64,000 bases of DNA from a virus (Duplodnaviria; Heunggongvirae; Uroviricota; Caudoviricetes). Below the pieces are notes generated by a model. That model did no database searches and was not told where the DNA came from. It worked only from the letters and a program-made list of their open reading frames with translations. The position numbers and the translations under genes were made by a program. The stretch covers positions 9,635-73,634 of IMG/VR virus record IMGVR_UViG_3300028886_000061; one strand, 5' to 3'. Positions 30,426 through 39,839 of this stretch are shown here, piece by piece (position 1 is the first letter of the stretch; every line of letters starts with the position of its first letter).

Positions 30426-31181
30426 ATGAAGAAAATTCTTTTTATTTTCGCACTCATGCTGACTCTCTCTTTCGGAGTCACTGCGCAGACGACCGTTCAG
30501 GTCAACCCAGATTCTGGTGGTTTTGTCCAACGGTATCCGGTCTTTGTAACTACCTATGATACAACAGTCACCTACGATACCGTGGGGGACATTGTGGACA
30601 CCATCACCAATATCACCGAGGGTACCACATTTATACCCAACTTCTACGATTACCGTGCATTTGCGTTCACATACTGGGGTTACACCTTCGATCGATGGGA
30701 GGTAACGACAACTTATAATAAATGGTACGATTGGGATGATTCGACCAGTACAACAATTGAGATCGATAGCGTCTATACAACAACGATTATCCAGTATAAT
30801 ATTGAATACGATGAAGATAGTATCATCATTGACTACGAGGGCTGGCTCGATTGGGATATGGGCATTCCTGACCTAAACGACACCACCCTTGAAGGTATTA
30901 CCAGTATTGTAATTACAGCTTATTTTATTCAGGATACCACACAGGTAGGTATTGGGGAAATTACTCCTCAATCATATCGAGTATATCCTAACCCCACGAC
31001 CAGTACCATTAATATCTTGGGAGATGCCCACTGGATCACCGTGTACGATATGTCAGGACGAGTGGTTGCCTCTACCGATACGTCTGCAATCAATCTGCAG
31101 AGTTTGCCCAATGGAACCTATCTGGTTCGTGTGACCGATGTCAAGGGTAATATGAGTACCACCAAGGTCATCAAACGATAA
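30426..31181 (+). CDS. secreted protein with Bacteroidota T9SS C-terminal sorting domain
   Basis: N-terminal signal peptide; C-terminal YPNPTTSTINI...VYDMSGRVV...LPNGTYLVRV...KVIKR matches Por secretion CTD pattern. Confidence 0.65.
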   Translation: MKKILFIFALMLTLSFGVTAQTTVQVNPDSGGFVQRYPVFVTTYDTTVTYDTVGDIVDTITNITEGTTFIPNFYDYRAFAFTYWGYTFDRWEVTTTYNKWYDWDDSTSTTIEIDSVYTTTIIQYNIEYDEDSIIIDYEGWLDWDMGIPDLNDTTLEGITSIVITAYFIQDTTQVGIGEITPQSYRVYPNPTTSTINILGDAHWITVYDMSGRVVASTDTSAINLQSLPNGTYLVRVTDVKGNMSTTKVIKR

Positions 31182-31237
31182 ATTAAAAGAATCCCGTTAA
31201 TAAATCAAAAGTATAAATTAAAAAACAGTAAAAGTCT

Positions 31238-32773
31238 ATGTCAGCAACATTTATTACAATTATTTCAGTTGCGGTTTTCGCAGTAATCCTGGTCCTTGCT
31301 TCCTATGTGAAAGCACCTCCTTCGTGGGCCTTCATTATTTCCGGTCTCAATCGCAGACCTCGAACCTACATCGGTAAAGGTGGTTTCCGTATCCCCGGTC
31401 TGGAGCGCCTCGATAAGGTGTTCCTCGGACAGATCACCGCGGACATCAAGACCAACCGATCCGTACCAACCAATGACTTTATCAATGTCAATGTAGATGC
31501 AGTCGCCAAGATTCAGGTGGATAATTCACCGGAGGGACTTCAGCTTGCAGCCAAGAACTTCCTGAATATGACACCATCTCAGATTTCGGCTCAGGTGCAG
31601 GATTCGCTCGAAGGTAACATGCGTGAATGCGTTGGTGCTATGTCTCTCCGCGATATCAATATCAACCGTGATAGATTCTCGGATGAGATTATGTCAAAAG
31701 CACAGAAGGATATGGAGGCTCTTGGTTTGAAGATTATCTCCTGCAACATCCAGAATGTGACCGATGATAAGAACCTCATTGAGGACCTTGGTGCCGATAA
31801 CACCTGGACCATTAAGAAACAGGCCAAAATCAATAAGGCCAATGCGGAACGTGATATCGCACAAGCCGAGGCTGCCGCACAGAAGGAAGCCAACGATGCA
31901 CAGGTCGATAGCCAGACCCAGATCGCCATTCGCCAGAACGAACTCGCCGTCAAGAAGGCTGAACTGCAGGTAATCGAACAGACCAAGCAGGCTACCGCGG
32001 ACGCCGCATATAAGATTCAGGAGCAGGAACAGTTGAAGACCATCAACGAGAAGACCGTGGAGGCCGATGCAGCTATGAAACTCCTTGCCAACAAGCGCCA
32101 GAAAGAGATCAATGCCGCCGCAGTGGAGGCCGAGACCGAGAAGGCACGCCGTGAACAGGAACTCACCGATGAGCAGGTCAAGATTAAGGAGAACCGTCTC
32201 CGTGCTGAAGTGAACAAACAGGCAGAAGCCGAGAAGTTCCAGACCGAGACCATTGCATCCGCCGAACTCGAACAGCGCAAACGTAAGGCAGAAGCCGAGG
32301 CCTACGAGGCCGAGCAGAGAGCCCGTGCAATCAAGGCACAAGCCGAGGCTGACCAGTACCGTATGGAGCAGGAAGCTATCGGTAAGAAGAAACTTGCAGA
32401 AGCAGCCGCCTACGAGATTGAACAGAAGGGTATTGCAGAGGCACAGGCCATTGAGAAGAAGGGCCTTGCCGAAGCAGAGGCAATGAACAAGAAAGCTGAA
32501 GCCTATGAGAAGTACGGTCAGGCCGCTATCCTGGATATGATGGTCAAGATCGTTCCCGAGGTTTCCAAGAATGTGGCAGAACCGATCTCGGCCATCGACA
32601 ACCTCAATATCTACGGTACCTCCGGACAGGATGCCGCTGGTGTTTCCGGAATGGTTCCATCCGTCATCAAACAGTCCTTCGATGTCATCCAGTCAGCCAC
32701 CGGTGTGGATATGGCCAAGATGGTTCAGGAGAAGGCCAACATTGTTGGAGCCGGAGTGGACATCAACAAGTAA
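31238..32773 (+). CDS. SPFH/Band-7 flotillin-like membrane protein with long Ala/Glu-rich coiled coil
   Basis: N-terminal TM helix, SPFH core (GKGGFRIPGLERLDKVFLGQITADIKT...VDAVAKIQV), AEAEA repeats; very GC-rich gene. Confidence 0.6.
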   Translation: MSATFITIISVAVFAVILVLASYVKAPPSWAFIISGLNRRPRTYIGKGGFRIPGLERLDKVFLGQITADIKTNRSVPTNDFINVNVDAVAKIQVDNSPEGLQLAAKNFLNMTPSQISAQVQDSLEGNMRECVGAMSLRDININRDRFSDEIMSKAQKDMEALGLKIISCNIQNVTDDKNLIEDLGADNTWTIKKQAKINKANAERDIAQAEAAAQKEANDAQVDSQTQIAIRQNELAVKKAELQVIEQTKQATADAAYKIQEQEQLKTINEKTVEADAAMKLLANKRQKEINAAAVEAETEKARREQELTDEQVKIKENRLRAEVNKQAEAEKFQTETIASAELEQRKRKAEAEAYEAEQRARAIKAQAEADQYRMEQEAIGKKKLAEAAAYEIEQKGIAEAQAIEKKGLAEAEAMNKKAEAYEKYGQAAILDMMVKIVPEVSKNVAEPISAIDNLNIYGTSGQDAAGVSGMVPSVIKQSFDVIQSATGVDMAKMVQEKANIVGAGVDINK

Positions 32774-32826
32774 CCCCCTCGACCAATATAGGTCATCACA
32801 GGAACCTCTCCTTAATGGAGGGGTTC

Positions 32827-32840
32827 TTTTTTATATATTA
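32827..32840 (+). promoter_or_regulatory. promoter-like box ttttttatatatta after hairpin (32802-32826), upstream of 32867
   Basis: Motif recurrence. Confidence 0.4.
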
Positions 32841-32866
32841 TAACATCAAACAAACTTGCTAATAAT

Positions 32867-33109
32867 ATGCGTAGACCTCCGATTCCCGGTAAAATGGTCG
32901 AGATTACTCCAATACAACCGATCTATGGCAAAGTAATAGTCAATGTCGATCATATAATAGCCATAAGCGCCAGGGATTCCGATAAACACTTAATATACTT
33001 CGAAAATGGTGCCTGGGAACTTACACCGGAAGACTTTGAAAAAGTACAATATTCATGGGTTGTAAATATAGAGCTTACCAGTTATGACAGATATTATCCA
33101 AATAAATGA
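32867..33109 (+). CDS. hypothetical protein (80 aa)
   Basis: ORF. Confidence 0.35.
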   Translation: MRRPPIPGKMVEITPIQPIYGKVIVNVDHIIAISARDSDKHLIYFENGAWELTPEDFEKVQYSWVVNIELTSYDRYYPNK

Positions 33110-33350
33110 TCAATGTTGTCTACACTGTGAACACCTTATATGGTGGGATGGGGATTATGTGTGTGTAAAAAAGTGCATAATAAAGTCAGGACAAACCGAT
33201 GATTTTACATGTTTCCCTTCCGATGTAGACGCTATTACCAAACCCGAGGGTGAATGTTTTAAGAATGATGAGAACCACATATGGGATAAATTGATCGAAG
33301 AAATAAAAAATATACCCAATGAAAATAACACCGTATCTACTTTGGCTTAA
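33084..33350 (+). CDS. hypothetical Cys-rich (zinc-finger-like) protein (88 aa)
   Basis: CCLHCEH...CVKKC cluster. Confidence 0.35.
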   Translation: MTDIIQINDQCCLHCEHLIWWDGDYVCVKKCIIKSGQTDDFTCFPSDVDAITKPEGECFKNDENHIWDKLIEEIKNIPNENNTVSTLA

Positions 33351-33690
33351 TGGTTTTCAAAATCAAGCAGGCCGTCAACAATGTTGGCGTAGAGTTGAAA
33401 AATCACCACTTTCTGATTACACCATAGAGATGCAGGTTGAACCAGCATGTATCAATGGTCTATGGCTTGTTCGTTATAGAGCGCTGGACACCAAATGTGA
33501 CTGCTACCTTAAAACATTCCAGGACCTGATGGCATTATCTGAAATATTTGCACGCAACCGTCACGGTTACTCCGATGTGAATCCCATTGAAATATGGGTT
33601 CCAACTGCATATACAACCGGTGATTGGATACGTGGGGATTACGATCAAGCAACATTCGATGAATATAAATATAGATACATCGATGAATAA
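33319..33690 (+). CDS. hypothetical protein (123 aa)
   Basis: ORF. Confidence 0.35.
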   Translation: MKITPYLLWLNGFQNQAGRQQCWRRVEKSPLSDYTIEMQVEPACINGLWLVRYRALDTKCDCYLKTFQDLMALSEIFARNRHGYSDVNPIEIWVPTAYTTGDWIRGDYDQATFDEYKYRYIDE

Positions 33691-34069
33691 ACAATCATCT
33701 ACATATATACTACCGGGATCCGAAGTGACGGAAAAAGAGTTTAGGTTCGAGGTATTCTGTAAGCATCAAGGACACCTTATCAATCAAGGCATTACTATGT
33801 GTAATATAGGGCATGATCCAAGCAAGTGTGATACCTGCGAGTTTCACGAACCAGGCACAACCACCGGTAAAATGACATCCACATCAACTCAGGTGGATCA
33901 TATATATCACGGGAATAGCCGTCGACAGTGGTACGAGGAGTATCATAAATATGGTGCATATTGGGCCAAGTTCTGGTTGACATCCGGTAAGAAATACGCA
34001 AAAACCCCAAAACAAATCATCCGTTGGATATTGGAAAACCATTATCAAAAGAAATTTAAACAGAAATGA
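33683..34069 (+). CDS. hypothetical protein (128 aa)
   Basis: ATG at 33683 overlapping upstream stop (ATGAATAA); ORF open from 33587. Confidence 0.35.
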   Translation: MNKQSSTYILPGSEVTEKEFRFEVFCKHQGHLINQGITMCNIGHDPSKCDTCEFHEPGTTTGKMTSTSTQVDHIYHGNSRRQWYEEYHKYGAYWAKFWLTSGKKYAKTPKQIIRWILENHYQKKFKQK

Positions 34070-34323
34070 ATCTACTTAAAAGAATCCACAAATTATTTGA
34101 TCGTCTGGTTGGTGTCACATACTATTACGTCACAATAGATGTATGTCCGGATTACTCAGGCCAAGGTGAGATGTGTTCCTATACAGTCAAAGCAAAGGAT
34201 GCAACCACGGCAATCAACAAGGCACAACGACTTGCTATGATGGAATGGGGAGTTGAATCAGAAGCTCTCTACGTGGTTGATTATGTGCAGACAAAGGATG
34301 ATGAACTTATATATAATAGTTAA
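34066..34323 (+). CDS. hypothetical protein (85 aa)
   Basis: ORF. Confidence 0.35.
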   Translation: MNLLKRIHKLFDRLVGVTYYYVTIDVCPDYSGQGEMCSYTVKAKDATTAINKAQRLAMMEWGVESEALYVVDYVQTKDDELIYNS

Positions 34324-34352
34324 TATTCATACCATATCATTTATATATTATC

Positions 34353-35024
34353 ATGACAGCAAATATTTCACATCAAATTCAGGAACTTGCAAAATGTGGA
34401 AATCAGGAAATCCTGATGTACGAAGCAGCCGCTAAACATGATATAAAATCGTTTAGTAAGGTCGAAGATGAATATTCATTCGAGTTTAAGACAACCGACG
34501 CGCTGGTGCTCGACCCCTGGAACGAGGTCGAAGATGAATATTCATTCGAGTTTAAGACAACATACTCGTTGGAATCACCTCACAGATACGTTTTTAAACG
34601 TAGATTAAAAACCTTAAATTTCCAGGAATCATTAATACTCATCACTGCAGATTTTCTCGATAAGGAACTCGAGTTATATGAAACAAGAAAAAATGAGTTG
34701 CATCACCATCTTGTATTCATGTACGATGATTGTATGCTCGTATTCAATATGAGGGATATTAGAGCGTGGATGATGAGAGAAGGTCCTACCGCAAAACAAG
34801 CGCGGGTCAGTAATAAAAAATGCCAGGGTGGATCGTTTACACGATGTACAGAAGATGTATATTATATACCAGCAAGCGTTCCACGTTCATGTGAAAACTA
34901 TATATCGAATGAAAGCTTCAGGGCATCCATTTATAATAGATGGACATATCAATCTGATTCTTCTGATGCTAAACCGACCAAGACACAGACACCACAAGGT
35001 GCACCTATATCACCCTATTTTTAG
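34353..35024 (+). CDS. hypothetical protein (223 aa) containing an in-frame 22-codon duplication
   Basis: ORF; 37-nt perfect direct repeat at 34457-34493 and 34523-34559. Confidence 0.45.
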   Translation: MTANISHQIQELAKCGNQEILMYEAAAKHDIKSFSKVEDEYSFEFKTTDALVLDPWNEVEDEYSFEFKTTYSLESPHRYVFKRRLKTLNFQESLILITADFLDKELELYETRKNELHHHLVFMYDDCMLVFNMRDIRAWMMREGPTAKQARVSNKKCQGGSFTRCTEDVYYIPASVPRSCENYISNESFRASIYNRWTYQSDSSDAKPTKTQTPQGAPISPYF

Positions 35025-35044
35025 CGGTTTTTTCGCCGTATAAC

Positions 35045-35114
35045 AAAAGATCTCATCTGACCCGTATAGTTACAACAGGGAAAATGAGATCGCTCATTAA
35101 AAAGGAGATTTTGA
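35045..35114. repeat. structured intergenic repeat element, copy B (hairpin gatctcat...atgagatc, loop gtatagttacaaca)
   Basis: Stem, loop core and 3' tail ctcattaaaaaggagatttt shared with copies A, C, D. Confidence 0.6.
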
Positions 35115-35118
35115 AAAC

Positions 35119-35475
35119 ATGATTAGAAAACTTTTTAAGCACACCATTTATGACCTCGACAAGGCTTTCCAAGAAGGATATAACCCTTATTGGAACGATG
35201 TAACCGAATATTGGTGGCATCGCTTTGCTCCTGTATGGCAGAGCTTTGAAAAGGAACTCAAAGACGCTTGGTGGGAAGGTACCCAAATTCCAGCCGAACG
35301 CATCAAACGAATGATTTGGGACGATATGAGCCGGTATGACCGTGATGTCCTCCCCAAGGTATACGACTTCTTTGTGTTGTTGTATTACTGGCATATCATT
35401 CCCCGTAAGGCATGCCGGATTCTCCGCGGCCACTGTAAGCGTATATACCTCGACTCCTATGAGAAGCTCAAATGA
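35119..35475 (+). CDS. hypothetical protein (118 aa)
   Basis: ORF 12 nt downstream of AGGAG in repeat element. Confidence 0.4.
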   Translation: MIRKLFKHTIYDLDKAFQEGYNPYWNDVTEYWWHRFAPVWQSFEKELKDAWWEGTQIPAERIKRMIWDDMSRYDRDVLPKVYDFFVLLYYWHIIPRKACRILRGHCKRIYLDSYEKLK

Positions 35476-36143
35476 CTTATTATAAATACATGAAAGGATT
35501 ATCACGATATCTCTGGGAAGAACTTATGCTGGAACATCCCCAATCACTTCACGGGAATGAGTCCGGTCTGATTGTGTTTGATATAGACGATACCCTTCTT
35601 AAAGCCAACTCAAAGGACTTTCATATATATAAGAAGGTTGATGGTAAAGAGATCGCACTAACCACCGATGAATTTGCAAAGGACCCGGATGCAGCAGATC
35701 CGGATAAACTCCATACTATATTTGATTACCGTGATTTTGGATCTCCCGAAAAAGTATACAATTCCATTATTACAGGTACACCATTACTAAAGAACCTTCG
35801 TATCCTGGATGATTACGTTAAGGCCGGATATGATTTCTGTTTCCTTACAGCACGCCAATGCGAGGACGTGGTCAAGAAGGCAATTGACAGTTTCCTGCAA
35901 GTTCGTAGAAACGGTGTACTTGAACCCATCGGCGATGCATTTAATAAAACACTTTCGCATGCAGTGAATGATGAGGTGAAGAAGTATCCCGGTAAGACGG
36001 ATGCAGAGAAGAAGGCCAATATCCTTATAAAGCTCTGTCAAACACACGATAAGGTGGTATTTGTTGATGACGACCGTAAGAATGTACACGCAGCCATCAA
36101 TCTCAATATACCGAACCTTAAAGTAATCAAAGCCTGGGATTAG
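35472..36143 (+). CDS. HAD-superfamily phosphatase
   Basis: Motif I FDIDDTL (DxDxT); possible analogue of Pnk 3'-phosphatase domain. Confidence 0.5.
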   Translation: MTYYKYMKGLSRYLWEELMLEHPQSLHGNESGLIVFDIDDTLLKANSKDFHIYKKVDGKEIALTTDEFAKDPDAADPDKLHTIFDYRDFGSPEKVYNSIITGTPLLKNLRILDDYVKAGYDFCFLTARQCEDVVKKAIDSFLQVRRNGVLEPIGDAFNKTLSHAVNDEVKKYPGKTDAEKKANILIKLCQTHDKVVFVDDDRKNVHAAINLNIPNLKVIKAWD

Positions 36144-36163
36144 GGATACCAAATTCATAAGAT

Positions 36164-36192
36164 AGCTCACCTAAAATGGTGGGCTTTTTTTA
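36164..36192 (+). terminator. rho-independent terminator
   Basis: agctcacc/ggtgggct stem followed by ttttttt. Confidence 0.65.
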
Positions 36193-36200
36193 TATATTTA
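36186..36200 (+). promoter_or_regulatory. promoter-like box tttttttatatattta fused to terminator T-tract, upstream of 36204
   Basis: Motif recurrence. Confidence 0.35.
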
Positions 36201-36203
36201 TAC

Positions 36204-36560
36204 ATGACAGTAAAAGAATCCAATATAGCACCACCGGAAGGCATTGTGGTATTCATCAATGATCACCAGATAGAATGTTTATCAGGTGATGTGGTGAAAG
36301 ATAAGGTTACCATACCCGATGTGTTTCTGTTGATGAGTAATAAACAGTGGTTCGCGAATATGACGAATTGCACCGTTAAAATCACTGAACTTTGGGTAAG
36401 GACAACCGAAGGTAGTATACCAGGTCTTGATAATCATAAACGTAGTGATGTAACCATATCAAAGATCGTTTTTGAGCTTATACCGGAGGATGCAAGAATA
36501 ACATTATATACGGATGTGGTTTCCGGACAGGGAAGCCCAATGGTTACGAAAATCAATTAA
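36204..36560 (+). CDS. hypothetical protein (118 aa)
   Basis: ORF. Confidence 0.4.
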   Translation: MTVKESNIAPPEGIVVFINDHQIECLSGDVVKDKVTIPDVFLLMSNKQWFANMTNCTVKITELWVRTTEGSIPGLDNHKRSDVTISKIVFELIPEDARITLYTDVVSGQGSPMVTKIN

Positions 36561-36570
36561 TTCATAATAT

Positions 36571-36930
36571 ATGGAACACATAAAAACATTTGAAGCTTAT
36601 TCAACATTATCACAAGCATTCAGGGATTGCCCAAAGTCCATCCAGTACAGCGTCGAGGGTCTTACTGAGGAAGCCGGTGAGGTTGCCGGTAAATTGAAAA
36701 AATATTGGAGAGATAAGGTACATCTCTTTCCGGAACGATACGAACTCAATAACCCACCGGAGGATGTCAAAGATGGTATCCTTAAAGAATTGGGTGATGT
36801 GTTGTGGTACGTAAACGATATGGCACTTCTTCTTGGATACTCGTTGGAGGAGGTGGCCAATATGAATATTGAAAAACTTTATGGCCGAGTCAAGCGCGGT
36901 ACTATCCACGGACAAGGTGACAATAGATAA
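36571..36930 (+). CDS. mazG: MazG-like nucleoside triphosphate pyrophosphohydrolase
   Basis: EEAGEVAGKLKKYWRD and ELGDVLWYV EExxE/ELGD motifs. Confidence 0.6.
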   Translation: MEHIKTFEAYSTLSQAFRDCPKSIQYSVEGLTEEAGEVAGKLKKYWRDKVHLFPERYELNNPPEDVKDGILKELGDVLWYVNDMALLLGYSLEEVANMNIEKLYGRVKRGTIHGQGDNR

Positions 36931-36939
36931 ATATTATAT

Positions 36940-37575
36940 ATGGAAATAGATAAACAAAAAAGTCCCATACTTCAGTGGGCAGAAAATGAAGTGAAACTCG
37001 CATGCCATCACGAGAACCCCGATTGGGATGGCAAGTCATTCGATTATGGTTGTGCATGCTACCAATCAGCACTCGTGGCATTTGAAGCATTGTGTGGAGT
37101 TGGACATTCGGAGAACTCCTGGTACGAGACGGTTCATATCCTGGAACGCCTTTGTCATAATTTACCACTTACTCCTATTACCATCCATGACTTTGGATAT
37201 ATTCCTGGAGTATCACCGGAAATGGTTGATCCAAAAACCGGAGCCACCCTCGCATTGGCCAGAATTCCTGCAACACCAGCATGGGAAAGTGAAGATGGTA
37301 CTCTTAATTATAACTGCGAACGCAATTCCGGCATATACTTGAAGGTACGTCCTGATGGTACTCATATGATCTCGGATGTTAATCGGGTTGTGTGTGTTAA
37401 TATAGAATGCCTCGATGATGCCTACAGCAGTGGCACTGGTAATATGATAGTTAACGAGATGTTCCGATCAGTCTCCCATACTATCCATCCAAAAACCGAT
37501 ACGAGGTATATATTCGCACATTCCTTACCGATCCCACTATGGGCGACTTCGATACCAAGGAGGTGGTCTATATAA
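36940..37575 (+). CDS. hypothetical protein (211 aa)
   Basis: ORF. Confidence 0.4.
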   Translation: MEIDKQKSPILQWAENEVKLACHHENPDWDGKSFDYGCACYQSALVAFEALCGVGHSENSWYETVHILERLCHNLPLTPITIHDFGYIPGVSPEMVDPKTGATLALARIPATPAWESEDGTLNYNCERNSGIYLKVRPDGTHMISDVNRVVCVNIECLDDAYSSGTGNMIVNEMFRSVSHTIHPKTDTRYIFAHSLPIPLWATSIPRRWSI

Positions 37576-38228
37576 AGAAACCCAATGGTGAGAAAGTACC
37601 AGTCAACCGTTATTTTCACGAATACAAAACCGAAAAAGGTAGTGAGTTCCGCGAGATAACCAAAGAGCAATACGATGAATTGCTTAAGAAACGTATTGAT
37701 ACACAGGAACGTAAGATCACCGGACATATCGCAAGTGATATCGTGGATAAGATGTTTGATGAGGGTGAACGAGTATGGGAACAGATGTTAGGCACCAAGT
37801 GGAAACCTGACTACGACGATGAACAATACGAGAAGCATAAGGATGAATACCTTAGCTACGACTATCGTAAAGTTTGGTGGGCTTTAATGAGAAGTGTTCG
37901 TAAGGATGAATCTTGCGATGATCAATTGAAGACATTGGAGAAATCCGTTGCAGAATGCGAACCACTTATGACCGAGCTTTCCCGTTGGGGTGTCTATCAT
38001 GCCATTGCAAATCAGGATGAAGAACTCCTTGAGAAACATCCGGAACTTCAGGATGTGTATGACAAGGCAAAAATCGTACGCGATTGGGCTGAGGAACAAT
38101 ATAATCAGGCTACTGTGAAGTTTAATGGGATTGCAAAAGAACTTAATGCAATTGAAGATAAAGATACCCGAATACTCAGCAGGGACTCTATTATAAAGGA
38201 AATCGAGAACACTTCGAATCCAAAATAA
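37539..38228 (+). CDS. hypothetical acidic protein (229 aa)
   Basis: ORF. Confidence 0.4.
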   Translation: MGDFDTKEVVYIKKPNGEKVPVNRYFHEYKTEKGSEFREITKEQYDELLKKRIDTQERKITGHIASDIVDKMFDEGERVWEQMLGTKWKPDYDDEQYEKHKDEYLSYDYRKVWWALMRSVRKDESCDDQLKTLEKSVAECEPLMTELSRWGVYHAIANQDEELLEKHPELQDVYDKAKIVRDWAEEQYNQATVKFNGIAKELNAIEDKDTRILSRDSIIKEIENTSNPK

Positions 38229-38238
38229 ACATAATAAA

Positions 38239-39027
38239 ATGACTATCGAGGAAATACTGGCAAAAGCAAAATTGCTATGCGTGATGCATCCTAATGAAAG
38301 TTTAACTGATGATAGATTTGAATTCAGTAAGACTCACAGAAGTCTTATAATAAAGACTATGGATCAGTATTCCGACTGGTGTTTGGCTAAAAATGGTATA
38401 TTTAAAGGAAAACCACTCAACGAACACCACCTTACAACCAATTTCTTATTCAAGACACTACTACCGAATCTGGCAACCCTATTGAATTTCGAAATTGATT
38501 GGAGTAAATATAAGTATGTATCCCGAACATACACCGACGAGGACGGTAAGACGTACGACTTATCCACATATGAACCTATTGATCCAGGTGATTATAATGT
38601 TTGGTGTGAAGATATAAATAATGGTATATTCGGTAATTTCGACATATTGAAATATAGTCCACATATATCAATATGGTATGCAAGAGGATTATTTCAAAAG
38701 CAATTCCCTTATATCGAGTCGTTATCACCATACCATAAATTATATGCTTTTCCTCATATAAACTCAAAGGTATTGAATCGTACGGAGGATAATAACGGCA
38801 GAACATTATTAATATCTGGTGATAGCCAAATAATACCGATTATTCCATTTTTAGCTACCATATATAAAGAAGTATGGGTATTGGATAATAGAACAGGGGA
38901 TTCTCAATCATGTCATCCTTGGATAGATGATGTTGAGTTTGATGATGTATTGATCGCTGCTCCATTACTTCCCGGTGATTGGCCTTGCCCACCACTTGAA
39001 AGATTTACTGTTAATAATTTTGCATGA
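38239..39027 (+). CDS. hypothetical protein (262 aa)
   Basis: ORF. Confidence 0.4.
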   Translation: MTIEEILAKAKLLCVMHPNESLTDDRFEFSKTHRSLIIKTMDQYSDWCLAKNGIFKGKPLNEHHLTTNFLFKTLLPNLATLLNFEIDWSKYKYVSRTYTDEDGKTYDLSTYEPIDPGDYNVWCEDINNGIFGNFDILKYSPHISIWYARGLFQKQFPYIESLSPYHKLYAFPHINSKVLNRTEDNNGRTLLISGDSQIIPIIPFLATIYKEVWVLDNRTGDSQSCHPWIDDVEFDDVLIAAPLLPGDWPCPPLERFTVNNFA

Positions 39028-39168
39028 AACCCTATAAAAAGAAACGAAAAAGGATAATGAGGGAGTACTCCGGACCGATGAAGCATCTTCCGGAAGAAAC
39101 CTCTTCCTGTAATAACACCCAATTATCCATAGTATTTAAAGACTATCCCAAATCTCATATATTATAAC

Positions 39169-39813
39169 ATGAGGAATAAACAAATAACCAAAGAGCTGCT
39201 TGCTCAAAATCGTAGGTGTTGGAAGTTTAACAAAAAACAATCCGACCTATTCTCCCAAGATGGTGAAGAAGTTGTGGTATATGATTCCAATGATGTGTTT
39301 ATCAATAAATATGATAAGCATAAGAAATGGAAGTATCACGTCACCATTATGAATGTAACCAACGACCCTCGATATCCTTGGAATGTGCATATTGATAATG
39401 AAGATTTCGACTCCATTGCAGGTTTCAATGTGAAGGATCTTGACCATCTTAATATGATGTTTGAAGGTTATAATATTTATATTGACGATGAGTTGAATAT
39501 CGGATATGTTGAGCCGTCGTGGATCGGAGATGAACTTATAGCCAGACATGCTCTTGGGATTATTAAACATTATATTCGACATACCAAATCATATCCGGCC
39601 GAAAAAGATATGACCTGGAAGACCTGGCGTAAGATCGTGTGCCATATCATATTCTCCCTTGAATATATACAGGATACCGACTGGGAAATGGATGTACATG
39701 ATTGGTATGCCGATAGATATGGTATAAATTCTAAAGAGTATGATAGATTCCATAAACGCATTGATGAGGGATTGATGTTATTTGGAAGATATTTTAATCA
39801 TCTTTCCTGGTAA
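39169..39813 (+). CDS. hypothetical protein (214 aa)
   Basis: ORF. Confidence 0.4.
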   Translation: MRNKQITKELLAQNRRCWKFNKKQSDLFSQDGEEVVVYDSNDVFINKYDKHKKWKYHVTIMNVTNDPRYPWNVHIDNEDFDSIAGFNVKDLDHLNMMFEGYNIYIDDELNIGYVEPSWIGDELIARHALGIIKHYIRHTKSYPAEKDMTWKTWRKIVCHIIFSLEYIQDTDWEMDVHDWYADRYGINSKEYDRFHKRIDEGLMLFGRYFNHLSW

Positions 39814-39839
39814 ATTTATACAAACAAAACTAACACATA

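Noticed and set aside
31591-32486. Several 70-215-aa ORFs in other frames/strands within the flotillin gene
   Set aside because: Low-complexity Leu/Gly/Arg-rich translations produced by the GC-rich Ala/Glu repeat region; flotillin frame is the only one with domain motifs
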